A stretch of 64,000 nucleotides of DNA from Mobula hypostoma. Lineage: Eukaryota. Below the pieces are notes generated by a model. The model searched no databases, had not been told where the DNA came from, and saw only the letters and a program-made list of their open reading frames with translations. Positions 1 through 12,210 of this stretch are shown here, in pieces (positions within the stretch are counted from its first letter, which is position 1; every line of letters begins with the position of its first letter). The DNA is taken from positions 26,972,001 to 27,036,000 of the forward strand of contig NC_086109.1 of assembly GCF_963921235.1 (NCBI RefSeq), in the 5' to 3' direction. Made by a program: the position numbers and the translations under genes.

Positions 1-129
1 TTCTCTCTTTTCTGCATTGCAGTAATTTCAATAAAAGTAACTCTTGTTCAATATCTATTAGCTCCAACTCCAACATGATGCGCTCAGTTTCAGTCGCCAT
101 TGTTTGAAGTACACAAAGAATAAACTACG

Positions 130-1310
130 CAAATTCAAAACAAAAAAAATTAAACAAGTAATAAATGTTAAAGAACATGAGCTAAAGAGTCCCTGAAAGT
201 GAACCCAGAGGATGTTGGAACAGTTCAGTAATGGGGGCGAGTGAAGTCATCCCCTCTGGTGCAAAAGCCTGACGGCTGAGGGGTAATAATTGTTCCTGAA
301 AATGGTGGTGTGGTCCTGAGGCCCCTGTACCTTCTTCCTGATGGCAGCAGCAAGAAGAGAGCATGACCTGGAAGTTGGGGTTTCTTGGTAATGGATGCTG
401 CTTTCCTGCAGAAGCACTCCACATAGATGCGCTCAGTGGTTGGGAGGTCTGGGCTGTATTAACTACTTTTTGTACGATTTTCCATTCAAAGACATCGGTG
501 TTTCCATATCAGCTAGTCAATACACTCTCCACTACATATATACAGAAGTTTGTCAAAGTTTCAGACATCATGACAAATCTTTGCAAACTTCCAAGCAGAG
601 GCACTGACATGCTTTCTTCGTAGTGGAAATTACATGCTGGAGCCAGGAGAGATTCTTTGAAATGATAACACCAAGTTGCTGATCCTCTCTACCTCTGATC
701 CCCTGATGACGATCGGCTCATGGACCTCAGGTTTTGTCCTCCTAAAGACAATAATAAGCTGCTTGGTTCAGCTGACATTGAGTGAGAGATTGTTGTGACA
801 CCACTCAGCCAGATTTACAATCTCCCTCCTATATGCTGATTCATCACCAGCTTTGATTCAGCCAACAGCAGCAAACTTCAAAATGCCATTGGACCTGTGC
901 TTAGCCTCACGGTCATAAATATAAAGCAAGCAGAGCAGGGTTTAAGCACACATCCTTGAGGTGTGGAGATTGTGGAGATGTTTTTGCCAATCCGAAGTGA
1001 CTGGGGTCTGCATGTGAGGAATAGAGGATCCATTTGCACAAGGAGGTATTGAGGCCCAGGACTTGAAACTTATTGATTAGTTTTGATGGGATGACAGCAT
1101 TGAATACCAAACTGTGCTCAATGAAGAGCATCCTGATATATGCACCATCGCTCATCAGATGCCCCAGGGTTGAGTGAAGAGCTGATGAAATGGCACCTGC
1201 TGTAAAACTATTACTCCGGTAGGCAAATTGTACAGATCCAAGTCACTTCTCAGGCAGGAGTTTCATCACCAACCTCTCAAAGCACCTCATCCCAATGGAT
1301 GCATGTACTA
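130..1310 (-). mobile_element. Rex1/Babar-type non-LTR retrotransposon fragment (RT 3' half and 3' UTR), degenerate
   Basis: ORF 913..1155 reads YIRMLFIEHSLVFNAVIPSKLINK..LGLNTSLCKWIL; ORF 225..422 reads PGHALFLLLPSGRRYR; same family as copies at 44063 and 46090. Confidence 0.85.
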
Positions 1311-3322
1311 CTGACAATGGTCACGGAGGCACCGCAGTGAGAGAGAAGATGGTGCCAGCATACATTGTTGACTCTATGCAGGCTGCAGAAAATTGTTCCA
1401 GTTTTCCCTTTAAATACCCTTCTTTTGAATTACTTTTGCTGCAATCTGCAGCATGCAAATTCCCTCTTAACAAGACTGTGAAATTACATCAATGATCTTC
1501 AGGTCGTACAGTCGACAATTGAATGCAGAGCCATGAGCCCCGGTGGAGCAGTTAAGCACGGCACCTTTAAGGGTCAACACCATGGCTGGAAACATAGCAG
1601 AAGACGTGGAATAATCCAAGCCAAGCTGACGCACCGAGGAATGAGACTTCTTTTACCCAGCATCCTGTTAACAAACGTGCAGTCGCTGGAAAATAAGATT
1701 GACGATCTCAGGGCAAGGCTGCTGCATCAAAGGCAGATCTCAACTGTATGTTGCATTGAGACTTGGTTATCTGCGGACACGCTGGGCGTAGCAGTCAGAC
1801 TGGAAGGTTTTACCATTTTCAGAATGGATTGAACCGCAGAACTGGTAAGGAAATAGGTGGTGGCGGGTACTTTTTAGTCAATTCTCTTTGGTGTTTGGAC
1901 ATGGGGGTTAAGTCAACCTCTTGTTCTCCTAAGAACATCTAACATTCAAATATAGACCATTCTATTTGCCTTGGAAGTTCTTGTGTGATCCTGACCTTAG
2001 TTTATATACCACTAGCAGCCAAATATAAGCAAGCACGCATGAAACTGCACAACGTCATCTACAGGCAAGAAACAGCCCATCACAATGCAGTTCAAATTAT
2101 AGTTGATGACTTCAACCAGGCCTTTCTGAAGAAAACTCTGGTCAATTATCACCAGCATGCAACCTGTTGCACCAGAGATCCCAACACAGTAGACCACTGC
2201 TACACCGTGATAAGGAATGCCTGTCATTCCTTTCCGAGAAGCCACTCTGGTAAGTCGGACTATTTGCCTGTACAAAAATGCTACAAGAGGTGTAGGTATT
2301 ATCTCTGGAAAGCCATCTCCTGGGGAAAGCGAAGATTCTGGACTAGACTGGAATCAATGAGGGATGCTCAACAGCTGTGGCAGGATTTGAATGCCAAAAC
2401 AGTATAAAAGTTAAATCTAGCAACATGGGTGACAGCAGAGCTTCGCTTCCAGATGAGATCAATGCCTTCTGTGCTTTTTTTGATCACCAGAACAGGAGCA
2501 ACCATCACACGCCCCCGCGTCTTCCAATGACCCTTTTGTCTCAATATCTGAAGATGACATGCAGGGCTGCCTTCAAGAGTGAATCCAAGGAAAGCATCTG
2601 GTCCGGACAGAGTACCTGGTTGAGTACTGAAGACCTGTACTGACCAACTGGCTGGTGTGTTCACAGATATGTTCAACCTCTCACCTCGACAGTGTGCTTC
2701 AAGAAGGCTTCAATCATATGGGTGCCCAAAAAGAGCATGGTAACCTGCCTCAATGACTATTGCCCAGTGGCACCTACATCCAGTGGTGAAGCACTTTGAG
2801 AGGCTGGTGTTGAAACACATCAGCTCCTGAGTTGCTCCAATTCGTCTACTGAAGCAACAGGTCACAGCAGATGCCATCTCATTGACTCCTCACACAACCT
2901 TGGAACATCTGGACAGCAAAGATGCATTACATCAGGGTACTCTTTATCAATTACAGCTCAGCATTTAATACCATCAAGCCCTCAAAACTAATCAGTAAAC
3001 TCCAAGACCGGGGCTTCAATACTCCCTGGAGTATTGGATCCTGGATTTCCTCACTTGCAGACCTCAGTCAGGTCGGTTTGGTAAACACATCTCTTTCACC
3101 ATCTCCATCAGCACAGGGGCACTGCAGCGCTGTATGCTAAGCCCCGTGCTCTACTCGCTTTACACCTATGACTGTGTGGTCAAGCACAGCTCCAACACCA
3201 TATTCAAGTTTGCTAATGACACCACTGCAGCTGGCCATATCAAAAGGTGGTGATGAATCAGCATACAGGAGGGAAATTGAGAATTTGGCTGAGCAGTGTC
3301 ATAACAATAACCTCTTACTCAA

Positions 3323-3872
3323 GCAACACACACAAAATGCTGGAGGAACTCAACAGGCCAGCCAGCATCGATGGAAAAGAGTATAGTCGAAGTTTTGGGC
3401 CGAGACCCTTCACTGGAGAAAAAAAATGGAGTCAGATTAAGAAGGTGGGGGAGGGGAGGAAGAAACACAAGGTAAGAGGTGAAATCAGTGGGGGGGGGAG
3501 GGGGAGGATGAGGTAAAGAGCAGGGTAGTTGATTGGTGAAAAAGATACAGGGCTGGAGAAAGGGGAATCTGATAGAGGACAGAAGTCCATGGAAGGAAGT
3601 AAAAGGGGGAGGAGCACCAGTGGGAGGCGATGGGCAGGTGAGGAGATAAGGAGAGAGGGAAATGGGAACGGGGAAAGGTGAAGGAAAGGGTGAGTGCATT
3701 ACTGGAATTCGGAGAAAACGATGTTCATGCCATCACGTTGGAGGATACCCACTCAGAATATAAGATTTTGCTCCTCCAACCTGTGTGTGGCCTCACAGTG
3801 ACAGAGGAGGCCATGGACTGACATGTCAGAATGGGAATGTGAAGTGGAATTAAAATGGGTGGCCCCTGGGAG
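3323..3872 (-). mobile_element. Penelope-like element 3' fragment inserted in Rex1 RT
   Basis: ATHFNSTSHSHSDMSVHGLL..RLEEQNLIF (GIY-YIG C-terminus), polypyrimidine 3' UTR, degenerate hammerhead at ~3385-3415; splits the Rex1 motif NNLLL|NVSKTKEL. Confidence 0.85.
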
Positions 3873-4262
3873 CAATGTCAGCAAGACCAAGGAACTAATT
3901 GTAGAATTAAAGAGAGGGAAACCAGAGGTCCATGAGCCAGTACTCATCGGAGGATCGGAGATGGAGAGGCTCAGTAACTTTAAATTCCTGGCGGTCACCG
4001 TCTTAGAGAACCTGTCCTGGACTCATCATATAAATGTAATTGTAAAGAAGGCACAACAGCAACTCTACTTCCTCAGGAGTCTGCGGAGTTCCAGCATATC
4101 ATCAAAAACCTCGACAATCCTATAGATATGTGGTGGAAAGTGTATTGACTGGCTGCATCACACCCGGGTATGGGAACACCAATGCCTTTGAGCCTAAAAT
4201 CCTACAAATCCTACCCCAGTACAACACACGTGAAGCCCTCCAAACCAATGACCACATCCACA

Positions 4263-4396
4263 TGACTGATGAAGGGGCACGATTCGAAACATCAACTATT
4301 CCCTTTTTCATAGATGTTGCCTGCACTGCTGAGTTCCTCCAGCATTTTGTGAGCTTTGCTTGGACTTGCAGCATCTGCAGATCTTCACTTGTTTGT
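4263..4396 (+). mobile_element. Short PLE terminal fragment with degenerate hammerhead motif
   Basis: ctgatgaagggg..gaaacatcaact followed by the shared PLE tail tgctgagttcctccagcattttg..gcatctgcag. Confidence 0.7.
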
Positions 4397-5460
4397 AACT
4401 ACACTCATTCTATTTCTGGTGTTCCCACAACCATTCATCTCACTTTAAGGACTCTTCATCTGGTTATTTCATGCTTCGTTAATATATATTGCTATTTATT
4501 TATATTTGCATATGGATAGTTCATAGTTCATTGATCCTGTTTACAGTTACTGCTCTATAGTATTCCATTGTAGCTGAGTATGTCTGCAGGAAAAAGGAAT
4601 CTCAGGGTTGTACGTGGCGACACGTATGTATTCCGACAATAAATTTTACTTTGAAAATTTTTCTTAGCCAACGGTATAATTAAAGCCTGCTTGAAGAAAC
4701 TAAATCAAGGTTGACATAAAGATCACAAATTCAGATTCATCAGATGTCAGACTCGATCCTCAACTATTTAACTCTTTCATTACAGCTCTTTTCAAAAAGA
4801 AAATAAGTGTTTTCAAATTTGCACCCACTAATGAGGAACATAGTTCCTTCTCGCATAACATGCTTCCAGCAGCACATCTGGCAAGATTGCATCAGAGGTG
4901 TAGATTTGCAAGTATTCGTTTTCTAACTAGCCCATTTCACGTTATTAAAACCCTGTAAACACTTAGTGAAAACAGAAACAAGAGGTTAATATTGTGCATC
5001 GATGACCTTGCCCTGTTGCTCTCCCCACAGAATACTTAAAGCATTTAATTTGTTTCTTGCTGCATTTCAACGCACGGTATACAGTGGTAGACAATCACGA
5101 GTCCGTGATTAGCACAAATGCTGTAACGAACTAGCACGAGTGCAAGTGAAACTTGCAACTACATGACACTTTCAACATTAGCAAGAAGATCCGACGAACT
5201 GCCTAAAAGCATTGGGAACGTGATTTGACTCCAGATTACAAGCAAATCATAGTCAATGCCACATAACATGCTTCCAAGTAAGAGTTAAATACAGCATCTT
5301 AAGGATAATTTTTAACATATTGAATGGAGGGTGTGGGGGATTCCTAGGCATTTGGTTATGTTGAAGTTGCTTCATTACAGCAAGTTCTGTTGTTCCCGTC
5401 CCACCGCTCTTCCCTTAACAAACAGTTCTACATCCTGCATTAAAGTCAAAATAAACTCAC

Positions 5461-5560
5461 ATAACGTAGAGTAAATGCCGACCCTTTGAAAACGGTGCTG
5501 AGCTCCCTGTGCCACACCAGCCAAACCCCTTCCTCCTGTTTACTTTCCAAATACCACCGC
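5461..5560 (-). other. Candidate non-coding first exon of a leftward-transcribed gene
   Basis: Minus-strand donor AT|GTGAGT (plus actcac ending at 5460) immediately left of the promoter motif cluster; unique, CpG-containing sequence. 5' end estimated. Confidence 0.4.
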
Positions 5561-5569
5561 ACATGACCA

Positions 5570-5895
5570 TGGCCAAGGGGCGGGACCATATTCAAATCTA
5601 CGTCACGTGGCCTCCAGTCTTTCTTCTGATTGGGTCAGAAGCCAACCGCAATCTTCCTTTCTTTCCTTTTCCTCATGGAAACAAACAAGCACACGACTCG
5701 CCCTCTGTCAAAGTACACAGAAATGAACATCCCCAGTAAATCCAAATCGGCACGTCGAAGCTGTTTGCTTATGGGCTTTATGGAAAAAGAAAGTGTGCGT
5801 AATCAGCTAACTTTTGATTGGGTCACTAGCCAGAAAAGCGAGTGGTGATTGGACAAGGCTCACGTCAATCCGTTCGGCGAGGATTTGAAATGATT
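5570..5895. promoter_or_regulatory. Probable bidirectional promoter: GC box, CRE/E-box, three CCAAT boxes, CDE/CHR-like element
   Basis: GGGGCGGGAC 5577-5586; TTCAAA 5591-5596; ACGTCACGTG 5600-5609; ATTGG at 5629, 5817 and 5848; ACGTCA 5862; TCGGCG-agga-TTTGAA 5874-5889; locally raised CpG in repeat-free DNA. Confidence 0.65.
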
Positions 5896-7974
5896 CCGGA
5901 GGCAGTCGACTGCTAAGATTTGTGTGGCATGTAGTTAAAGGCAGTAATAGAGGTGTTGAAAGAAAATCGATCAAATTCTGTACAAAAAAAAATACACCTT
6001 TAAAATGTAGTTAATAATACGTCATAGTAAAAGCTGCATCTAGTATTTGCACAGCAAACTCCAACAAACAGCAATGTTATAAAATCTGTAGCATATTGTA
6101 AACTCAGCAGTTCAAACAGCATCAAGGAAAGCAGCGTAGGCTTTGTCCAAGTCAGAGGAATACAGCACAGATACAGACCCTTCAGCCCAACCACGGTGTG
6201 CACCCAGCTAATACCAATTCCTTGTATTTGGCCCATATCCCTCTACGCCCATCCCCCTCATCAAGTTGAAGGGTACATGAATAAATCCAAGCAAAACAAC
6301 GTTCCTCCAGATCAAGGTGCATAACACACACAACATATAAAGAGATACTACCTCAAATAAATTAACAGATAATAAAACGTATTCCAAAAGAATGGCATTG
6401 AGCCCAAAATGAATTTAGGACACAAGTCAAAAAGTAAACAGTATAACGCGACCCCTTATGCACCTATCCAACTGTGTCTTATCGTATTGCGCCCGATTCA
6501 CCCACCTCCTCCAGCAGCTCATTCCACACACTCACTATCCTCTGCGTGAAAAAGTTGTCCTTCCCCTCACTTCCCTGAGACGGGTGGAGGCATGTTAGAT
6601 GGCGACTGTAAAGTGCCCTTCTCCCAGCCTTTCTGCCATAAAGTTAACTTGCTTACTCGCATTTCCAGTTCTGCTGAGTGCCTTTGATTTGAAACATCAA
6701 CTCTCATTAGTCACAGACCCCTCAGCTCCCGGAGTCAACACTAACCATCATGTGCCCATGCACATTAATCCTACTCTAATTCCATTTTATACTCTCCACA
6801 TCCCATCATGACCCCACTAACTCTACCATTCACCCACACACTAGGAGCAATAGATGGGACGCAGATGAGAGTTTCCAACTATGGTAAAGGGGCAACAAAG
6901 TTAAATAACAAGGATGACATCTCTCATTAATCTATCAACAATCCAGCTCTGTAAACAATGGAATCACCTCACCAAACTTGGTCTCAATTACTTCCCCACC
7001 ATCTCTGCAGTTAAAACTAACATGTCTTACTTTGATCTGATGAAGTGTCACTGACCTGAAACATTCAACTAGTTTCTCGTTCCACAAGTGCTGTTTGACC
7101 TGCTGTTTCCAGCTAATTTCCAGCATTGCCAGTTTTTCCATTTTTAATCAATGCCATAATATTTTGCCATCATAAAAGCAATAACCATCTGTCTTATGAA
7201 ATAAGTGTGTGCCCCAGTGACAGCACATAACATTATAAATATGATCATCTGTTCGGTTAATAGATGCTGTCTTAAATTTGAATAAAGAATCCATTCAATG
7301 TGATTGAACAGTGAGACTCTTACAGAGTACAAAATGGATCCTTTGGGCCTCCATGCTCATGATGATCTTTTTGTTCATCCACACTAATCCCACTTGCTCA
7401 CACAAAAGCATGTCTAAATGACTTAAAAGGCTGTGATTGTATCTGACTACATCACCTCCTCTGACAAGGAATTCCATGTACCAATTGTTTTCTGAGTAGA
7501 AAATTCTCCCTTTTAAAAACTTATTCTCTCACAAACCTTTGTCCTCTTATTTTTGATATGCATACCATAGGAAAATTATTCAGGACATCTACTCTTTCCA
7601 TGTCTTTTATAATTGTTATACATGTTAGTCAGGTCACTCCTCAGCCTCCTTGGCTTAGGGAAAATACTTAATCTCTTCCAAAGTTTTCCAATTCATGCAC
7701 ATACTGGTGAATCTCCCCTGCACCATATCCTTCCTACAATGGGGTGATCAGAACTGCACACAGTTCTCCAAGTGTAGTCTAACTAGTGATTTATAAAGTT
7801 CCAATGTATTATCCTAATTTTTATTTTCTATGTCCCAAACAATGAAGGTGAGCACCAAAAATGGACTTTCAGCCTCACAATCTAACTTGTTATGATTTTG
7901 CACATTATCGTTACCTGCACTGCAAGTGTAGCTTTTACACTTTATTCTGCATTTAATTGCTTTACCTTTTTTTA

Positions 7975-8345
7975 TGTTGGATCTCTGTTATTTTCTAATC
8001 CTTGGGGTTCTTCCAGGAGTCAAGAATAGCAAGTAGTCTTCTTAATGATAGTTTATTTTAAAATGCAAACAGCCATTCAAATACTAAAGAGCTGAAAAAC
8101 AAAGCTAAAATGAATGCACAAAGATTAAAGAGAATAAAATAATGCCTCTGCAAAATCCTTCGCTTTTATACTTGAGATAACAGAAAATTCCTTAGATAAG
8201 CTAAACCAATCAATGGCCACACAATTACATCACATGGGTAATGTGCTAATACTTAACCAAACAAAATGAGGAAGGTGATAAACACAGGCAAGTAGAAATT
8301 AGAGTTCCCTGAGGCAGAGCACAATTGAGAAGTAGGATTAAAAAA
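7975..8345 (-). mobile_element. LTR-like fragment
   Basis: Begins TGTTG; carries reverse-oriented AATAAA (tttatt ~8052) and TATA (ttttata ~8164) plus CCAAT; interrupts a Rex1-type tail that resumes near 9690. Confidence 0.4.
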
Positions 8346-8829
8346 GGCATAAAGAAGTGGCAGGAGGATTGGAAAAATGAATTAAGGGACAGGCATTATT
8401 TTTCTAGTCACCCACTCGTTTAAAAGGTCTCAGACTGTTACCTTTTAAGTCGTAGAGATATGGTGAAATTTACAAGACTTAGGTTGGGGCATTGTGGGCT
8501 AAACTATTACTTAAAGATAATAGGAAAACATCCTACTGGATTATGTGACTGTGATAGTCCAGAGACAGTCCAGCATGTTTTGCTGAGCTGTAATCGATAC
8601 AAAATTGAAAGAAGCATGTTGTTCAAGAGGCTATCTGGCTTAAATTTATTTTGGTTTTCTGTTAAATCTTTGGCCATCAAGAGAATCAACATCTGATTGA
8701 AGAGTTTATACGTGAGACTAGGTTGTATTTGAGAATTTGAGTTCCTTGAAGTTCTGTAATTAATTATACATCCTGCGGAGGCTGTAATACGCCCAGATGC
8801 ATCTAAGCAGCTGGAAATAGAAGAAGAAG
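8346..8829 (+). mobile_element. I/Nimb-group LINE 3' end (C-terminal CCHC zinc finger, GAA tail)
   Basis: KKWQEDW..; TRLRLGHCGLNYYL..GLCDCDSPETVQHVLLSC; ends in (GAA)n. Confidence 0.75.
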
Positions 8830-8844
8830 GTGATAAACTGTTAG

Positions 8845-9477
8845 TACTACGCTCTGTCCACCAGAGAAAGCAGGATCTCCCAGTGGTCCCTTTCCCCTTC
8901 TGATATGTCCACCCATGGCCTCCTCTACTGTCAAGATGAAGCCACACTCAGGTTGGAGGAACAATACCTTATATTCTGTCTGGGTAGCCTCCAACCTGAT
9001 GGCATGACCACTGACTTCTCTAACTTCTGTTAATGCCCCTCCTCCCCTTCTTACCCCATCACTTGTTTATTTATTTATTTATTTATTATTCCCCCCCCCT
9101 TCTTTATCTCTCTTTTTTCTCCCTCTGTCCCTCTCACTATATCTTCCTCTGATGCTCCCCTCCCCCTTTCTTTTGCCCTAGGCCTCCCATCCCATGATCC
9201 TCTCCCTTCTCCAGCCTTGTATCCCTTTTCCCAATCAACTTTCCAGCTCTTAGCTCCATCCCTCCCCCTCCTGTCTTCTCCTATCATTTCGGATCTCCCC
9301 CTTCCCCTCCTACTTTCAAATGTCTTATCATCTCTTCTTTCAGTTTGTCCTGACGAAGGGTCTCGGCCCGAAACGTCGACTGTACCTCTTCCTATAGATG
9401 CTGCCTGGCCTGCTGCATTCACCAGCATTTTGTGTGTGTTGCTTGAAATTCCAGCATCTGCAGATTATTGTGTTTGC
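8845..9477 (+). mobile_element. Penelope-like element 3' fragment (GIY-YIG end, 3' UTR, hammerhead)
   Basis: Similar to the 49170-49767 arm (LRSV..RKQDLPV, RLEEQ.LIF.LGSLQPDGM). Confidence 0.88.
9347..9380 (+). ncRNA. Minimal type I hammerhead ribozyme (PLE-associated)
   Basis: gtc-CTGACGA-a-GGG-tctcgg-CCC-GAAA-c-GTC^-gac: conserved core, stem II, palindromic ACGT helix III, stem I gtc/gac. Confidence 0.8.
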
Positions 9478-9879
9478 ACCATATACTACAAACGTTTTCC
9501 CTAAAACCAAGGAGGCTGAGGAGTGACTTGACTAACATATATAAAAATGAAAAATATATGAGTTTGTTAAAAAGTAAAAATAATTAAACTACAACGTCAG
9601 TCTTACATTAATTGATTATACTGTTTACTTTTCGACTTGTAAAAATACTTATAAAAAGTATTTAAAAATGCAGTGATTTCCAACATCCAGCTCAATGCAC
9701 TGTGTAATAATTTGATCTGTATAAAGAGTAGGCAAGACAAGCTTTTCACTTTATCTTGGTACATGTGACAGTAATAAACCAATATCTATAATACACCAAT
9801 ACTTTTAATACCAATATGCCTTCATCACAACCCTGTCTACTTATGTTGAGACTTACAAGTAACTGTGCACTTGAACCTG

Positions 9880-11400
9880 AGATTATAGACCACTACAGCA
9901 CAGAAACAGGCCTTTCAGCCCATCTAGTCCATGCCAAACCATTAATTTGACTAGTCCCATCAACCTGCACCTGGACCATAGCTCTCCATACCCTTCCCAT
10001 CCATGTACCTCTTAAATGTTGAAATCAAACCCGCATCATTATTGCACTTGCAGCTCATTCTACACTCTCACCATCCTCTGAGGAAGAAGTCCCTGCTCAA
10101 GTTTAAACATTTCAACTTTCACCCTCAACCCATGGCCTTTGATTGTAGTCTCACCCAACATCAGTGGGAAAAGCCTGCTTGCATTTACCCTATCTATACC
10201 CCTCATAATTTTGTATACCTCGATCAAATCTCCCTTCAATCTTCTAAACTCCTGGGAATAAAGTTCTAACTTATGCAACCTTTCCTCAGGTCCTCAAGTT
10301 TCAGCAACATCCTTGTAAATTTTCTCTGCGTTCTTTCAAACTTACTTACATCTTTCCTGTAGGTATGTGACCAAAACTGCACATGGTACTCCAAAATAGG
10401 TCTCACCAATGTCTTAAACAACTTCATATAATATCCCAACTCCTGCACTCAATACTTTGATTTATGAAGGCCAATGTGTAGTTTTCTTTCCCACCCTAGT
10501 TACCTGTGGTGCCACTTTCAAGGAACTATGGATCTGTATTCCCTGGTCCCTCAGTTCTACCACTCTCCTCAGTGGTCTACTGCTCATTGTGTTAGACCTA
10601 CACTGACTGGTCCTCTCAAAGTGCAACACCTCACACTTGTCTGCATTAAATTCCATCTGCCGTTTTTTAGCTCATTTTTCTAGTTTGTCCAGATCCTGCT
10701 GCAAGCTTTGACAGTCCTCTTCACTGTCCACTACACCCCCAGTTTTGGTGTCATTTGCAAATTTGCTGATCCAGTTTACCATATTATCATCCAGGTCGTT
10801 GATATAGATGACGAACAGCGATGGACCAGCACCAATCCCTGTGCGACACCTCTAGTCACAGGCCTCCAGTCAGAGAGACAATTATCTACAACCAGCCTCG
10901 AGCTTCTCCTGCAAAGCCAATGTCTAATACCATTCAACACACATAAAAGTTGCTGACGAAGGGTCTCAGCCCGAAACGTCGACTGTACCTCTTCCTAGAG
11001 ATGCTGCCTGGCCTGCTGCGTTCACCAGCAACTTTTATGCGTGTTGCTTGAAATTCCAGCATCTGCAGATTTCCTCGTGTTTGCGTCTAATACCATTTTC
11101 CACTTCATCTTGAATTGCAAGTTACTGAACCTTTTCGACTAACCTGCTGTGTGGGCCCTGTCAAATGCCTTGCTGAAATCCATGGAGAGAATATCCACTG
11201 CCTTGCCTTCATCAACTTCCTCAAAAAATCTTATAAGATTTGTTAGATATGACCTACCACGCACAAAGCCACATTGACTTTCCCTAATCAGTCCCTGTCT
11301 ATCCAAATAATTATACATCGGGTCCCTTAGAATATCTTCCAATAACTTTCCCACTACTGATGTCAGGTTCAACAGCCTATAATTTCCTGGATTATTCACA
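9880..11400 (-). mobile_element. CR1 (HER1-like) LINE fragment, RT to 3' end
   Basis: NPGNYRLLNLTSVVGKLLE, MDFSKAFD, MEFNADKCEVLHF, LVRPILEY.VQFWS, RRLKGDLIEVYKIM. Confidence 0.9.
10935..11084 (+). mobile_element. Mini PLE insertion with inverted 5' end and hammerhead, 13-bp TSD
   Basis: TSD gtctaataccatt at 10922-10934 and 11085-11097; starts with caacacacataaaagttgctg (near reverse complement of the internal cagcaacttttatgcgtgttg); CTGACGA..GAAACGTC core from 10953. Confidence 0.88.
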
Positions 11401-11569
11401 GAGCCAAATAGACATCAACTATTGTACACTGATGACTTGAAATGTGAGGTATAGTTGATGATGATATGTGACAATAATTGAAAATTTAGAACATATTAAG
11501 TAAGAATCTATCACAAAACTTTCAGTAGAATGTTATGAAATTTTTAATTTACAATTTTCCAAAACATTG

Positions 11570-12210
11570 AACATAGAACGTAGAACAGTACAGACCCTTC
11601 AGCCCAGGAAGCTGTGCTGATTCTTTAAGCTACTATAGGATAAATGTAACCCTTCCCTCCCAGATAGCCCTCCATATTTCTTTCATCTATGTGCCTATCT
11701 GAGTCTCTTAAATGTCTGTAATGCATCTGCCTCTACCACCACCCCTGGCAGTGTGTTCCACACAGCTACCATTCTCTGTGTAAAAAGAAACCTACTTCTG
11801 TCATTCTCCCTCCCCATACTTTCCTCCAAATATCTTTAAGTTATGCCTCTTTTTATTAGCTATTTCCACCCTAGGTAAAAAGTCCCTGGCTGTCCATTCT
11901 ATCTATGCCTCTTATCATCTTCTACACCCCTATCACATCACCTCTCATCTTCCTTTGCTCCAAAGAGATATGCCCTCGCTTACACAACCTATTCTCATAA
12001 GACATGGTCTCTAGTCTAGGCAGCATCCTGGTAAATATCCTCTGCACTTTCTCTAAAACTTCCACGTCCTTTTTATATTGAAGTGACCAGAAGTGTCATA
12101 TAAACAGAGTTTTATAGAGCTACAACATTACCTCACAGCTTTTGAACTCAATTTCCCGACTAATGAAGGCCAATACACTAGACAGCTTCTTAACCACCAT
12201 ATCAACTTGC
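11570..12210 (-). mobile_element. CR1 LINE 3' fragment
   Basis: gaacatagaac tail, acccttcagccc and ctctaccaccacccctggcagtgtgttccacaca motifs shared with other CR1 copies in the window. Confidence 0.8.

Larger units (their letters stand above)
1440..4655 (+). mobile_element. Rex1/Babar LINE, long degenerate copy (APE endonuclease + RT + 3' tail), interrupted by PLE insertions
   Basis: LLLPSILLTNVQSLENKIDDLRARL (APE N-terminus); IVDDFNQA; YIRVLFINYSSAFNTIKPSKLISKL; NVSKTKELIV..; 3' tail ending in caataaattttactttg; many stops and frameshifts. Confidence 0.88.
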
